Assembly (NCBI GenBank): GCA_038231275.1
Contig: JBBRLQ010000002.1
Coordinates: 128,001-192,000, forward strand
DNA from: Polyangiales bacterium
Lineage (GTDB): Bacteria > Myxococcota_A > Polyangia > Polyangiales > Polyangiaceae
Direction: 5' to 3'
Length of the DNA: 64,000 bases
Position numbers and translations under genes: made by a program. Below are positions 9,688 through 22,396 of this stretch, piece by piece. Under the pieces are notes generated by a model. It ran no database searches and was not told the origin of the DNA. It saw nothing but the letters and a program-made list of their open reading frames with translations. Numbering within the stretch: the first letter of the stretch is position 1; every line of letters begins with the position of its first letter.

Positions 9688-10277
9688 GTGTCCGACGCTC
9701 CCGAAAGCTCCGCCGCGCCTCCCGCGCCTCCCGCGCCTCCTCTTGCCTTCACGACGCGCATCTGGTTCGCGTGGGTGTGCTTCTTCCGCGCACTGTTCGA
9801 CGGTGACTTCGCCGCGCGCGCGTGGACGGTGAGGGACGCGTTGCCTGCGCCCGCGAAAGCTCCCGCGGCGAGCAAGCCCAAGCCCGCGCTCCCGCCGCCG
9901 CCGAGCACCGACGCGGCGCTCCAGCTCCTGGGCCTCCTCCAGCGTGAGGTGCGCCTCATCGATTTTCTCGAGCAAGACGTCGCGAGCTTCGAGGACGCAG
10001 AGATCGGCGCCGCCGCGCGCGCCGTGCACGAAGGCACACGCAAGGCGCTGCGCGCGCACGTGACGGTCGCCGCGGTGCGCGAAGAAGAAGAGGAGACGAA
10101 GGTCACTCTCGCGGAGGGCTTCGATGCGGCGAGCGTGAAGCTCACGGGGAACGTGACCGGTAAGCCGCCGTACACGGGCGTCCTCCGGCATCGCGGGTGG
10201 CGCGCGACGAAGATCAGCCTGCCAGTCGCGATCGAAGGGCACGACGTTCGGGTGCTCTGCCCGGCGGAGGTCGAGCT

Positions 10278-10281
<4 letters not shown>
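9688..10281 (+). CDS. DUF2760 domain protein
   Basis: 'ALQLLGLLQRE.RLIDFLEQD', 'IGAAARAVH', 'LTGNVTGKPPYTGVLRHRGW', 'PAEVEL'. Confidence 0.88.
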
Positions 10282-12057
<1,776 letters not shown>

Positions 12058-12065
<8 letters not shown>

Positions 12066-14733
12066 GCCGCGCGTCGTCGGCATCGATCTGGGGACGACGA
12101 ACACGCTCGTCGCGTTCGCCAACGATGCCGGCGCGCTGTCGGTCCTCCCCATCGCGCAGCTCGTCGCGCCGGGGGTCGGCGAAGAACGCGCGCTCTTTCC
12201 GTCGTGCCTCTATGCGCCTGCGCCCGGCGAGGACCTCGGCGATCCGTTCGGCGACGCGCCGTATGTCGCAGGCGAGCTCGCGCGTCTGCGAGGCGCAGAG
12301 GTCCCCGGTCGCCTCGTCGCGTCGGCCAAGAGCTGGCTGTGCCACCCCGCCGTCGATCGCACCGCGCCGATTTTGCCGTGGGGCGCTGGCGAGGACGCTG
12401 ATTTGCCGCGAATCTCGCCGATCGACGCCAGCGCGAGGTACCTGGCGCACGTACGTCGTGTGTATAATGCACTTTTCCCCGACGAGCCCCTCGAGTTCTG
12501 CGACGTCACGCTCACCGTGCCGGCGTCCTTCGACGAGGTCGCGCGCGAGCTGACGCTGGACGCCGCGACGCGCGCAGGGCTCACGGTGCGCTTGCTCGAA
12601 GAGCCGACCGCGGCGTTTTACGACTACCTCCTCCGCGAAGGCTCGCCGGCCGTTCACGCGATCGCCGACGCGCACGGCGGCGAGGCGTTCGTGTTGGTGG
12701 TCGACGTCGGCGGCGGCACGACGGATCTGTCGCTGCTCAAGGTCACGAGGACGGCGATCGAGCGCATCGCCGTGGGGCAGCATTTGCTCCTCGGGGGCGA
12801 CAACATGGACCTCGCGCTCGCGGCGGTGTGCGAGGCGCGGCTCGGCAAGCTCGATCCGGCGCGCTTCGGGCAGCTCGTCGCGCAGTGCCGCGCCGCGAAG
12901 GAACGGCTGCTCGGTCCCGAGCCGCCGGAGGAGGTGGAGATCGCGCTCCTCAGCAAGGGCTCGAAGCTCGTCGGCGGGACGCTGCGCACGAAGCTCGGGC
13001 GCGAGGAGACGGCGCGCGTCGTGCTCGACGGATTCTTTCCGCTCACGTCGAGGGACGCGCGGCCAGAGCGCACACGTAGCGCGCTCGTCGCGTTCGGACT
13101 GCCGTACGAGAAGGACGTCGCGATCACGCGCCACGTCGCGCACTTCTTCGCGCGCCACGCTCCAGCGGACGCGCACCCGCACGCGCTCCTCGTGAACGGC
13201 GGAGTCTTTCGCGGCAAGAAGGTCATCGAACGCCTCGCCGCAGCGATCGAAGGATGGGGCGGCCCCTCGCTGCGCGTTTTGCCGCAGCCCGATCCCGATC
13301 TCGGCGTAGTGCGTGGCGCGGTCGCGTACGGCCTGTCCCTTCGCGGGGCGCTGGAGCGAATCGGCGGAGGCTCGGCGCGCGGCTTCTACGTCGGCGTCGA
13401 CGGAGGAGCGGTGTGCGTCGTGCCGCGCGGCGCCAAAGAAGGTGCGCTGCATCGCGCGGCGTCGCGAACGTTCGCGCTGACGGTCGGTCGCCCGGTGCGT
13501 TTCGATCTGTACGCCTCGGACGATGCGCGCGCCGACGCGCCGGGGGACGTCGTGCCGATCGACGAAGAGAGGATGCTGCGTTTGCCGCCGATCGCGGTCG
13601 CGCTCGGTGCCGGCGAGAAGGCGCGCGAGGTCCAGGTCGTCCTCGAAGGGCAGCTCACCGCCGTCGGCACGCTGGATCTCGCGTGCGTGGAGCTGTACGG
13701 CGCACCGCCGCGTCGCCATCGCCTCGCGTTCCAGCTCCGCAGCGGAGGATCGGAGGCGCCGACCTCGCGCGCGACGCGGCCGCCGCAGTCGATCGCGCCC
13801 CCGAGCCGCTCCTTCGAGAGCGCCGCCGCCGCGATCGCGCGCGCGTTCGGAAAAACCGGCGGCGAGCGCGAGGCGAAAGATGTCCTCCGCGAGCTGGAGC
13901 GCGCGCTCGGTGAGCGTGCGACGTGGACGACAGAGGTGACGCGCGGCCTCTTCGACGCGCTCTCGCAGCACCGCAGCGCGCGGAGGCGAACGGCCGATCA
14001 CGAGCGCGTGTTCTGGATGCTCGCGGGCTACTGCGCGCGCCCCGGCTTCGGCGATCCGCGCGATCCCGAGCGAGTCGCCGCGCTCGTTGCGCTCTGGAGC
14101 GATCGCCTCGCGTTCCCCGCCGAGGCGCGCGGATGGGCGCAGTACTGGATCGCATGGCGCCGCGTCGCCGGTGGCCTCGATGACGAGACGCAAGCGCGGA
14201 TGCGCGAAACCGTGGACCCGTACCTCGCGCCGACGGAGGCAGGCCTCAAGAAGAACAAGAAGTGGAAGCCCGAGGCGATCGGCGAGCTCCTCGAGATGGC
14301 GTCGTCCCTCGAGCGCGCGGGATCGACGTCACGCGCGGCGCTTGGCGAGTGGACCCTCGAGCGAACGTGGGTCGACGACGACGCGCGCTTGTGGGCAGCG
14401 CTCGGCCGTGTCGGCGCGCGGGTGCCGTCGTACGCGAGCCTTCATCACGTGGTCGCGCCGCTGACGGTCGAAAAGTGGCTCGAGCAAATGCTCCGCACCG
14501 CGAAATGGACGATGCCGATGGCGGAGGCCGCGGCGCGGATGACGCGCAAGACGAACGATCGCGCGCGCGACGTCGGCGATCGCGTACGCCGCGAGGTGGA
14601 GAAGAAGCTCGTCGCCGCGAACGCGCCTGCGGAGTGGCTGCGCGTCGTGCGCGAGCATGTGGAGGTGGAGGAGACGGAGCGCGCGGTTTGGCTCGGTGAC
14701 GGGCTGCCGGTGGGCCTGCGCCTCGTGACGTGA
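12058..14733 (+). CDS. Hsp70-like protein with C-terminal DUF3731-like helical domain
   Basis: Same Hsp70 NBD motifs; C-terminal 'RRRTADHERVFWMLAGYCARPGFGDPRD', 'WRRVAGGL', 'GDGLPVGL'; 8-nt overlap with the previous gene. Confidence 0.9.
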
Positions 14734-14749
14734 GGTGCCGAGCGCGCGG

Positions 14750-15376
14750 TCACCGCCCCCTCGCGACCCCCTCGCACCACAGCCAGCTGCGGCGCGGGAA
14801 GACCAGCGGCGGCCTGGCGCCGACGTAGCAGCGGACGTCGTCGATCTCCGCCGCTCCCGCCCTGGCCGCGCGACGGCGCAGGTCGTCGAGGGCGTGCTGC
14901 ACGAGATGCGTCGTGCTCTGCGTGTCCTCGTGCTCCCGCTCCTCGAGCGCTTCCCCGTAGCGCGCACATGACGAGGTGTATCCGAAGAAATTGCGCGGGG
15001 GTGGCCAGTCCGCGGGGCGCCACCACGCCCGCTCGAGGGCGCTCTTCTCGTCGCTCGTGAGGTACACGTTCGCCGAACGCACGTCGTAGCGGCTCTCGCC
15101 CGCGGCCGTGTCGTTCGCCCGCCCCATCTCGAGGTTGCCCGCCAGATCGGGGAGCCGGAGCGTGAGGCGGAAAAGGTACCGGCTGCCGCAGCGCTCCATC
15201 CGCAGCACGGGCGCGACGATGAGTCGCACCGACTCGATAGGCGTCGGGGCACCCAAGCGCGCAGGATCGATCGGCTCGGCAACGGAGTACTTGGGGTACG
15301 TCGCGCCGCACGCCGTAAGAAGAGCCGTAAAAAACGCGAGCGGGGCCGCGCGCGGACCCTTCACGAGGACGAACAT
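14750..15376 (-). CDS. Hypothetical lipoprotein
   Basis: MFVLVKG...LLTAC lipobox followed by a protein-like body. Confidence 0.55.
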   Translation of the reverse strand: MFVLVKGPRAAPLAFFTALLTACGATYPKYSVAEPIDPARLGAPTPIESVRLIVAPVLRMERCGSRYLFRLTLRLPDLAGNLEMGRANDTAAGESRYDVRSANVYLTSDEKSALERAWWRPADWPPPRNFFGYTSSCARYGEALEEREHEDTQSTTHLVQHALDDLRRRAARAGAAEIDDVRCYVGARPPLVFPRRSWLWCEGVARGR

Positions 15377-15411
15377 GAGAGGCGCGCATCGCAACCCGCG
15401 TGCCGTGCCGG

Positions 15412-15873
15412 TCAGTCGGCGTCGGCGCACACCGCGTGGCACGAGGCGGTTCGGCACGCGAGGTACGCGTCGTAGAGCGGTGCGGCCGCGGCGTCGGCGG
15501 CGCGGCACGCGTCGCGGCAGAGGAAAACGGCCTTCGGATCCTCGTTCGTCGCGAGCTTGGCCTGGCACGCGTCGAGGCACGCACCGAACGGCGCGCACAG
15601 TCCGGCGCCGTCGTGGCCGAAGCAGCTGACCGTGAGCTCGCAGCACTTGTCTTGGAGACACGCGTCACAGAAGCCATGCGCGTGGGTCCCGTCAACGCGC
15701 GGTGCGTCGAAGGTGACGGCAGAGTGCACGAGATCGCACGTGGCCTTCTCCGGCTCCGTCGCGCTCGACGCGTTGGGCGCCGGCGCGGCGTGCTCGGGCG
15801 CGCTGCTGCACGCGCCAAGGATCGGGGCCACAGCGAAGGCGAAGAGCGCGGCGACGGATGCGCGGTGGATCAT
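15412..15873 (-). CDS. Cys-rich lipoprotein
   Basis: Lipobox LGAC; 'CDACLQDKCC...C...CLDAC' repeats; RBS-like GAGAGACGGGGGAC upstream. Confidence 0.75.
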   Translation of the reverse strand: MIHRASVAALFAFAVAPILGACSSAPEHAAPAPNASSATEPEKATCDLVHSAVTFDAPRVDGTHAHGFCDACLQDKCCELTVSCFGHDGAGLCAPFGACLDACQAKLATNEDPKAVFLCRDACRAADAAAAPLYDAYLACRTASCHAVCADAD

Positions 15874-16055
15874 GTCCCCCCGTCTCTCTTCACGAGTCGT
15901 GCCGCGGTGCAACCCCGCGGTCAGAGGAGGCGCGTTCGATCGGTGTGACGCGTTGTGACGAGCCTGTAACGCCCCCCACGAACGAACGATCCACCACCCG
16001 GCTCGCGGCGCGCGCTTTGTCGGGAGGCGCAGGTGTGGCATCCTCCGCCCGTTTC

Positions 16056-16128
16056 GCCCCCGTAGCTCAGTGGATAGAGCAGCGGTTTCCTAAACCGTTG
16101 GTCGCAAGTTCGATTCCTGCCGGGGGCG
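16056..16128 (+). tRNA. tRNA-Arg (anticodon CCT)
   Basis: Acceptor GCCCCCG/CGGGGGC, D-arm GCTCAGTGGATAGAGC, anticodon arm GCGGT-TTCCTAA-ACCGT, T-loop TTCGATT; CCA not encoded. Confidence 0.95.
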
Positions 16129-16270
16129 CCTCATCGTTGTTGGTGGTCGGGACTGGCGAGAATGATCGCGACCGACCACCAGCTCGCCATTGGCGTTCGC
16201 CTTCCGTGCGCCGCGGTGACCTGGTCAACTCGGGTCCCTCGCCAGAGGGGATTTCGGCCTGAAGCCGCAG

Positions 16271-16552
16271 CTACGGCGCCGGTCGCGAGAGGTCCTGCCA
16301 CTCGCCCGTCGCGATCGCGACGCACTGGGATCCCCCCGGCGAGGTCATGCAGTGGTAGCGCACCCAACGACCGCAGCCCTGAAAGGTGAGGCTCGCGTGT
16401 CGGTACTGCGTGACCTTCTCACGCGGACACCCCAAGTCCGACGGCGCGTGGTCCTCGGCGATGTGAAACTCCCGCAGAGGAGACGCGCACGCGAAAAGAG
16501 GGGCGACGACCAGTGTCGTCGCGAACCAGGCCCGGTGGATCGACATCGCCAT
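16271..16552 (-). CDS. Small lipoprotein
   Basis: Lipobox LFAC; 'DLGCP...GCGRWVRYHC' motif. Confidence 0.65.
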   Translation of the reverse strand: MAMSIHRAWFATTLVVAPLFACASPLREFHIAEDHAPSDLGCPREKVTQYRHASLTFQGCGRWVRYHCMTSPGGSQCVAIATGEWQDLSRPAP

Positions 16553-16579
16553 CGACGCGAGAGCTTACCCGCGCATCCG

Positions 16580-17866
16580 TCACTGCGGCACGACGATCGG
16601 CACGTGGTACGCGCCAATGCCGTTCGGCACGCCGTTCCCGTGATACGTGAACCCGCCGTCGGCGTCGCGCAGGATGGGGGCGATGAGCGGGAAATTGATG
16701 CCATAGCTCGCGAGCATCAGCTTGCCGTCGGGATCGTACTCGAGGGACGTCCCGCCGACCCCGTTGACGAGCGGGTGCGCCACCGGCGCGGCGAGGCCAC
16801 CGGTCAGGCCGTCGAGCGGGAACGTGTAGAGCGTCGACGCCGAGGTGCTGCCGACGTAGAGCACAGCGCCGCCCGGATCGATGGCCAACCCCTCGATCGA
16901 CGCGGTGGTCACCGATTGTGAGCCGAAGACGTTCATCGCGCCCGTCGCGTCATACGAGACGGCATAGACGACGGTGCCATTCGGGCCGGTCACGTACAAG
17001 ACCGGCTTCGTCGGATGATGAACGACCACCGACGGCCCCCCGGGAGTGCTGACCGTCAGGCGGTTCGAGAGCGCGCCGGTGCCCGGGTCCACCTTGAACG
17101 ACGACAGCGAGTCCGAGTTCACGTTCGTGACGAAGAGGAGATCCCCCGCCGGCGAGAGCACCGTGCCCCGCGGCCAGACGAGGGTGGTCGCCGTCGCCGC
17201 CTGCGCGGTGAGCGTGCCGTCCGCCGCGATGTCGTAGACGGTGATGCTCTTGCCGTTGAAGTTGGAGACGTACAGGTGCTTTCCGGCGGGATCGGCGACG
17301 AGGTACGTCGGCGTAGCGCCCGCGGTGGCCTGCGTGCCGAGGGGCGTGAGGGCGCCCGACTTCGTATCGACCGCGTACGCGGAGACCGACTGGTCGCCGT
17401 TGTTCGCCGCGTAGAGAAATTTCGAGTTCGGCGTCGTCGCGCAGGCGACCGGGCCCTTGCCCGCGGGAACGCTGCCCTGAAATCCCGCGTTGACCGCGTC
17501 GGTGTCGAAAGGTGCGATCGCGCCGGTCGTGGGATCGAAGGCGTACCCGAACACGCCGCTCTGCGGCCCGCCGTCGGGCAGTGGCGTCTCGAGCGTGGCG
17601 CACACGTACGCGAAGTGAACGGGGCCGGCGTCGAACGTCGTCGCGCCGTCGCCGGAGTCCGTCACCACGGAGCCGTCGGGCGCGCCGCCGTCGCCCGGCA
17701 GCGTGCCGTCGGGGAGGGCGCCGTCCAAGGGAGGAGCGTTGACGTCGTAGCCGCCGCCGTCGAAGGACTGCGCGCCCGGCGGGCTCGCGTCGGAGGTGAC
17801 GCAGGCGAACGGAGCGAGCGCCGTCCAGACGAGCACGAGGGCACTCCAGGCGTACGAGGTTCGCAT
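16580..17866 (-). CDS. Lactonase-family (6-phosphogluconolactonase-like) beta-propeller lipoprotein
   Basis: Repeated blades 'TPNSKFLYAAN', 'DPAGKHLYVSN', 'HPTKPVLYV'; lipobox PFAC. Confidence 0.82.
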   Translation of the reverse strand: MRTSYAWSALVLVWTALAPFACVTSDASPPGAQSFDGGGYDVNAPPLDGALPDGTLPGDGGAPDGSVVTDSGDGATTFDAGPVHFAYVCATLETPLPDGGPQSGVFGYAFDPTTGAIAPFDTDAVNAGFQGSVPAGKGPVACATTPNSKFLYAANNGDQSVSAYAVDTKSGALTPLGTQATAGATPTYLVADPAGKHLYVSNFNGKSITVYDIAADGTLTAQAATATTLVWPRGTVLSPAGDLLFVTNVNSDSLSSFKVDPGTGALSNRLTVSTPGGPSVVVHHPTKPVLYVTGPNGTVVYAVSYDATGAMNVFGSQSVTTASIEGLAIDPGGAVLYVGSTSASTLYTFPLDGLTGGLAAPVAHPLVNGVGGTSLEYDPDGKLMLASYGINFPLIAPILRDADGGFTYHGNGVPNGIGAYHVPIVVPQ

Positions 17867-18093
17867 TCGCCGAGCAGCATGCGGCCGCCCGCGTGCCTAC
17901 GCAAGCGCACGCGTGTCACCCGTTTGGGGGCAGGAGGAAGAGAACATTCGACCGCGGACAACCGTCCGCCATGGAGCGGCTTCTTGTCCTCGCGATGGAC
18001 GCGCTGCCGTCACCCGAATCTGGAATTTTTCTCGTCGCGCGGTATTTCTCCGGTGAAACTCACTGCGCACGCGACGTGCAAGAGAGCCGCGTC

Positions 18094-19527
18094 ATGGAAC
18101 CTCGGGCCCGTCTCGCTCGCGTCGTGTCGCTCGGCGCCGCCGCGCTCGCCGTCGTCGCCCTATCCTCGGCGTGCGGGAGCGCGCACGGCGAGGGATTTCA
18201 CGACGACCCGCCCGCAACACCCGCCGCGAGCGGAGCGGACGCCGCTGGAGGCGCCGACGGATCGACGCCGCTCCTCGGCCCCGCGATCGAAGGCGGAGCG
18301 CCCGGCTGCGGCACGACGATCAGCGGCACCGTGTACGATCCCGCCGGACGCAATCCGCTCTACGGCGTCGCGGTCTACGTCCCCAAGTCGACGCCGGCCG
18401 CGTTGCCGTCCGGCGCCGCGTGCAACTCGTGCAGCGAGCTCTACACCGGCGAGCCCGTCGCCGCCGCAATCACCGACGCGGCCGGCAAGTTCACGATGAA
18501 CGGCGTGCCTGGCAGCGGCAAGACACCGCTCGTGCTCCAAGTCGGCAAGTGGCGCAAGCAGCTCGTCGTCGACGTCACCGCGTGCAAGGACAACCCGCTG
18601 CCTGATCGCTCGCTCACGCTCCCCAAGAACCACACCGAAGGGGACATCCCGAACATTGCGATCACCACCGGCCAGGCCGACACGCTCGAGTGCTTGCTCC
18701 GTCGCGTCGGCATCGACGCCGCCGAGTACGTGCCGGGTGCCGGCGGCGCGGGACGCATCCATATCTTCCAGGGGACGGGGTGGACGGCAGGCCCAGGTCC
18801 GAACACGCAGCCGGCCGCGCCCGATCCGATGACCGTCCTCTGGGACGCATCCGCGCACATGATGCCGTACGACATGGTGCTGATGTCGTGCCTCGGCGAC
18901 GAGCCCGGGCCTGCCCTCGTCGGCCTGAGCGACACCAATCGGCAGGCGCTCTACGACTACGCGGCGGCGGGCGGGCGCGTGTTCGCGTCGCATTTTCACT
19001 ACGCGTGGTTCAACGCGGGGCCGTTCGGCGGCGCGAACCTCGCGTCGTGGAGCGCCGGCGCCAACAACATCGGAACCGTGAACGCCTCGATCGCCGCGAC
19101 CCTCCCCAACGGCCAGCCGTTCCCGAAGGGCATCGCGTTGAAGGCGTGGCTCGGCAACGTGGGCGCGCTCCAAGGCGGCGAGCTCACCATCCAGGAAGCG
19201 CGGCGCAACGCGACAGTGAGCGCGGCGAACCCCGCGTCGCAGCCGTGGATCGTCGCCGACACCGGCCCGACGCAGTACCTCTCCTTCGACACCCCGATCG
19301 GCGCCGCGCCTGACAAGGTTTGCGGGCGCGTCGTCTTCAGCGATCTGCACGTCGGCGGCGCCTCCGGCGACTACGGCGGAAATCCCAAGGGCGCGACGAC
19401 GCCGGCCGGATGCGCCGCGAACGATCTCTCCCCGCAGGAGAAGGCGCTCGAGTTCATGCTGTTCGATCTGTCGTCGTGCGTCACCCCGAACAGCGTCCCG
19501 CCCCCGCCGCCGCCAGTGGTGAAGTGA
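18094..19527 (+). CDS. Lipoprotein with carboxypeptidase-regulatory-like domain (myxobacterial family)
   Basis: 'ISGTVYDPAGRNPLY', 'DTLECLLRRVG', 'GGRVFASHFHY', 'CGRVVFSDLHV', 'QEKALEFMLFDLSSC'. Confidence 0.82.
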   Translation: MEPRARLARVVSLGAAALAVVALSSACGSAHGEGFHDDPPATPAASGADAAGGADGSTPLLGPAIEGGAPGCGTTISGTVYDPAGRNPLYGVAVYVPKSTPAALPSGAACNSCSELYTGEPVAAAITDAAGKFTMNGVPGSGKTPLVLQVGKWRKQLVVDVTACKDNPLPDRSLTLPKNHTEGDIPNIAITTGQADTLECLLRRVGIDAAEYVPGAGGAGRIHIFQGTGWTAGPGPNTQPAAPDPMTVLWDASAHMMPYDMVLMSCLGDEPGPALVGLSDTNRQALYDYAAAGGRVFASHFHYAWFNAGPFGGANLASWSAGANNIGTVNASIAATLPNGQPFPKGIALKAWLGNVGALQGGELTIQEARRNATVSAANPASQPWIVADTGPTQYLSFDTPIGAAPDKVCGRVVFSDLHVGGASGDYGGNPKGATTPAGCAANDLSPQEKALEFMLFDLSSCVTPNSVPPPPPPVVK

Positions 19528-19547
19528 GACTCGCGCGATAGGACTCT

Positions 19548-19745
19548 CTAAAGGCGCACGTCGATCGGCACGGCGCGGCGCAGCTCGATCAGCCAACGCT
19601 TCATCTCGCGATCGACGACGGTCTCGATGGCGCGGTCGAACATGACCCTCCTGACCTCCTCGAAGGCCGGCATGGGCGCTCCCGCGGTGAGCTGGCGGAC
19701 GGCCTGCGCGTACGCCGCGCGCGCGTCTCGCTCCGTGACTTGCAC
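19548..19745 (-). pseudogene. Possible gene fragment resembling part of SurA-like proteins
   Basis: The in-frame sequence (L)RVRGRVQVTERDARAAY...WLIELRRAVPIDVRL looks protein-like but has no plausible N-terminus or signal peptide. Confidence 0.3.
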
Positions 19746-19961
19746 CCTTCCGCGAACGCGCAGCGTGCAATGGCCCCGCCGGCTACACGTGCCACTGCTC
19801 CTCCGTGGACGCCGGCGACGGTGGCGGCGGTGGCCAGTGGTCCTGCGTCGGAACCGGCGGCGCGTGCCAGGTCAACTGAAGGGCATGGCGTCTTCGCGGG
19901 CGCTCGCCGATAGTTTCTGACCTGAGCGCGCGACGGCCGAGGTGACGGGTATCCTTGTTCG

Positions 19962-21497
19962 ATGCGGCACGCCAAGCTCGCTCTTGCGCTCGCGGTCCTC
20001 TTCGCGCTCGTCGCGTGGGCGTGCGGAGGAGACTCGCCGTCGTCGTCCGTGACCGCGCCCGATGCATCCATTCAGGACGCGTCGGGCGATGGCCCGGTGG
20101 CGCCCGGCACCGACGGCTCCTCGCCCACGGATGGTGGCGCGTCCGATGGATCGCGTGAGAGCAGCGCGCCGGTGACGTCGACCTCGCAGCTGCCCGATCC
20201 CAACGTGACGTTCTTCGCGCTGTCGAAGGCGTTCAAGCCCAACAAGCGCGTCTTTGCACACTACATGCTTTGCTGCGGATCCTTCGGCGTGACCGTCGAC
20301 GACTTCGCGAACGAGGTCACGCTGGCGCAAGCGATGGGCATCGACGGCTTCGCGCTCAACGCGGGCGGGTGGAGCGCTGCAAACTACAAGGCCGACGCCG
20401 CCAACATGTTCGCGGCGGCGAAAACACTGGGCACCGACTTCAAGCTCTTCTTCTCGGCGGACCTGTGCTGCAACCTGCCGGCGGCCGACATCGTCGACAT
20501 GATGACGACGTACGCGGCGCACGCCAACTACCTTCGCGAGGGCACGAAGGCGGTCTTGTCGGCGTGGGCGGGCGGAAGCCACACGGCCGCGAGCGTCGAC
20601 TTCTGGCAGAACCAGGTCATCGGCGCAGCGAAGACGGCGGGCGTCGACGTCTTCTTCATTCCATTTTTCTATCCGGAGCCCGTGTCCGAGGTGCCGGCAC
20701 CCGCGCTCGTGCAGGACAACGTCGCATTCTGGAAGGATCACGTCGACGGGATGTTCTATTTCGGCGCGTCGGGTCTTCCCTTCGGCGATCCGTCGCTCGT
20801 CACGGCGAACGCCGCGTACGCGCAGGCGCTCGCGGCAGCCGGGAAGAAGGCGATGGCGAGCTACAGCGCCGCGTATTGGGGCGCGGTCCAGGGCGATCGT
20901 CGGTACTTCGAGTACCAGGGCGGCCTCGGGACCGAGACGCAATGGAAGGCACTCGTCGCCGCCGATCCCGATTGGGTCGAGATCTCGACGTGGAACGATC
21001 TCAACGAGTCGTACATGATGCCGATGGACGATTTTCAGAAGCACCGCGACTGGGGCATGCCGCTCGGCTTCTACAAACCTCACTACGGCTACGCCGAGCT
21101 CGTTCGGTATTACATACAGTGGTTCAAGACCGGCATCGTCCCGACGCTCACGCGCGACAGCATCTTCTACGCCTACCGCACGCAGCCGAAGAACTTGGTG
21201 CCGACGGCTCAGGACGGCGGCGTCGCGTTCATCGGTGACGTGCAGGACGACATCTACCTCACCATCCCTCTCCTCGCCCCCGCGGAGCTGCGCGTCACGA
21301 CGGGCGGCCAGGTCGTCACCGTTCCCCTCCCCGCCGGGATGAACCAGAAGGCGGTGCCCTTCAACGTCGGCGCGCAGTCGTTCGAGCTATGGCGCGGCGG
21401 CGCGAAGATCAACGGGATCGCCGGCGAGCCTGTCGTGGACAAGGGTGCGCGCTACGATTTCTGGAGCACGACGGGCTTCGTCGAGACCACGCCGTAG
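19962..21497 (+). CDS. Glycoside hydrolase family 71 (endo-alpha-1,3-glucanase) lipoprotein
   Basis: 'VFAHYM', 'AQAMGIDGFALN', 'FKLFFSAD', 'WVEISTWNDLNES', 'YAYRTQPK'; lipobox AWAC. Confidence 0.85.
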   Translation: MRHAKLALALAVLFALVAWACGGDSPSSSVTAPDASIQDASGDGPVAPGTDGSSPTDGGASDGSRESSAPVTSTSQLPDPNVTFFALSKAFKPNKRVFAHYMLCCGSFGVTVDDFANEVTLAQAMGIDGFALNAGGWSAANYKADAANMFAAAKTLGTDFKLFFSADLCCNLPAADIVDMMTTYAAHANYLREGTKAVLSAWAGGSHTAASVDFWQNQVIGAAKTAGVDVFFIPFFYPEPVSEVPAPALVQDNVAFWKDHVDGMFYFGASGLPFGDPSLVTANAAYAQALAAAGKKAMASYSAAYWGAVQGDRRYFEYQGGLGTETQWKALVAADPDWVEISTWNDLNESYMMPMDDFQKHRDWGMPLGFYKPHYGYAELVRYYIQWFKTGIVPTLTRDSIFYAYRTQPKNLVPTAQDGGVAFIGDVQDDIYLTIPLLAPAELRVTTGGQVVTVPLPAGMNQKAVPFNVGAQSFELWRGGAKINGIAGEPVVDKGARYDFWSTTGFVETTP

Positions 21498-21627
21498 ACT
21501 TTCGAGCACGTCTTGCGCAGGTCAGGCGAGCTCCGAGAATCGACTGAGCAGACCATGCTCGACCCACCACCACGAACGCGGGGTTGGCGCGGGCGTCTTC
21601 GGTACGGTGATTGCTCCACGGGTGAGC

Positions 21628-22395
21628 ATGGACCTCCACGCCAACGCGCTCATCGCCGCCATCCTTTGCGTCACCGGGTGCACGACCGCCACGACCACCT
21701 CCGCCACGGGAGGCGACGGCGGAGCGCCCACGGACGGAGCGACAGCGGGGGGCGACGGAGGCGCGGCGGGGGCGAGCGGCGCGCTCACATGCGGCGCGAT
21801 CCTCGATTGCTTGGGGGCGTGCGCGAGCAGCGACGCGGCCTGCCCCGACGCATGCGTCGCGAAGGGATCGCCGCCGGCGAAGGACGCCGTCACGAAGCTC
21901 GCGACCTGCTCCAACACCAACGCGTGCGCCGACGCGCCGTGCCTCCAGAGCAAATGCAGCGCGGAGCTGCAAGCTTGCGTCGCATCGGCATCGACGGGAG
22001 GAACGCCGCTCGACAGCGGCGTCGCGCCCGCGGGGAACGTGCCCGCGGAGCTCGTGGGCAAGTGGTACAGCTATGGCGTCCTCTTCGAGTTCGGCGCCGA
22101 CGGCTCGGCCTCACGGAGCACCAACGTGTCGACCGGAGGCTGCACCTCCACGTCGCTCGAGAAGGGCACGGCGGTCGTAGCCGGCACGACGCTGACGACG
22201 TACTTCACCAGCGGCATCATCAAACTTTGCGGCTCGTCGTCGGGCGATCCCTACCAGCCGACGACGACGAGCTACACCTACCGCGTCGAGACGGTCGACG
22301 TCGGGATCGTCCTTCGGCTGTCGAAGCAGAACTGCCAGTACACCGACCAGGCGAGCATCGATTTCTACTGCACCGACGGGTACGACAAGAAATGA
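21628..22395 (+). CDS. Cys-rich lipoprotein, hypothetical
   Basis: Lipobox VTGC; Cys-helical repeats followed by a 'PAELVGKW' lipocalin-like domain. Confidence 0.7.
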   Translation: MDLHANALIAAILCVTGCTTATTTSATGGDGGAPTDGATAGGDGGAAGASGALTCGAILDCLGACASSDAACPDACVAKGSPPAKDAVTKLATCSNTNACADAPCLQSKCSAELQACVASASTGGTPLDSGVAPAGNVPAELVGKWYSYGVLFEFGADGSASRSTNVSTGGCTSTSLEKGTAVVAGTTLTTYFTSGIIKLCGSSSGDPYQPTTTSYTYRVETVDVGIVLRLSKQNCQYTDQASIDFYCTDGYDKK

Positions 22396-22396
22396 G

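Noticed and set aside
16129-16270. Prophage or integrative element at the tRNA-Arg
   Set aside because: No integrase, phage gene or duplicated tRNA 3' end was found in the window.
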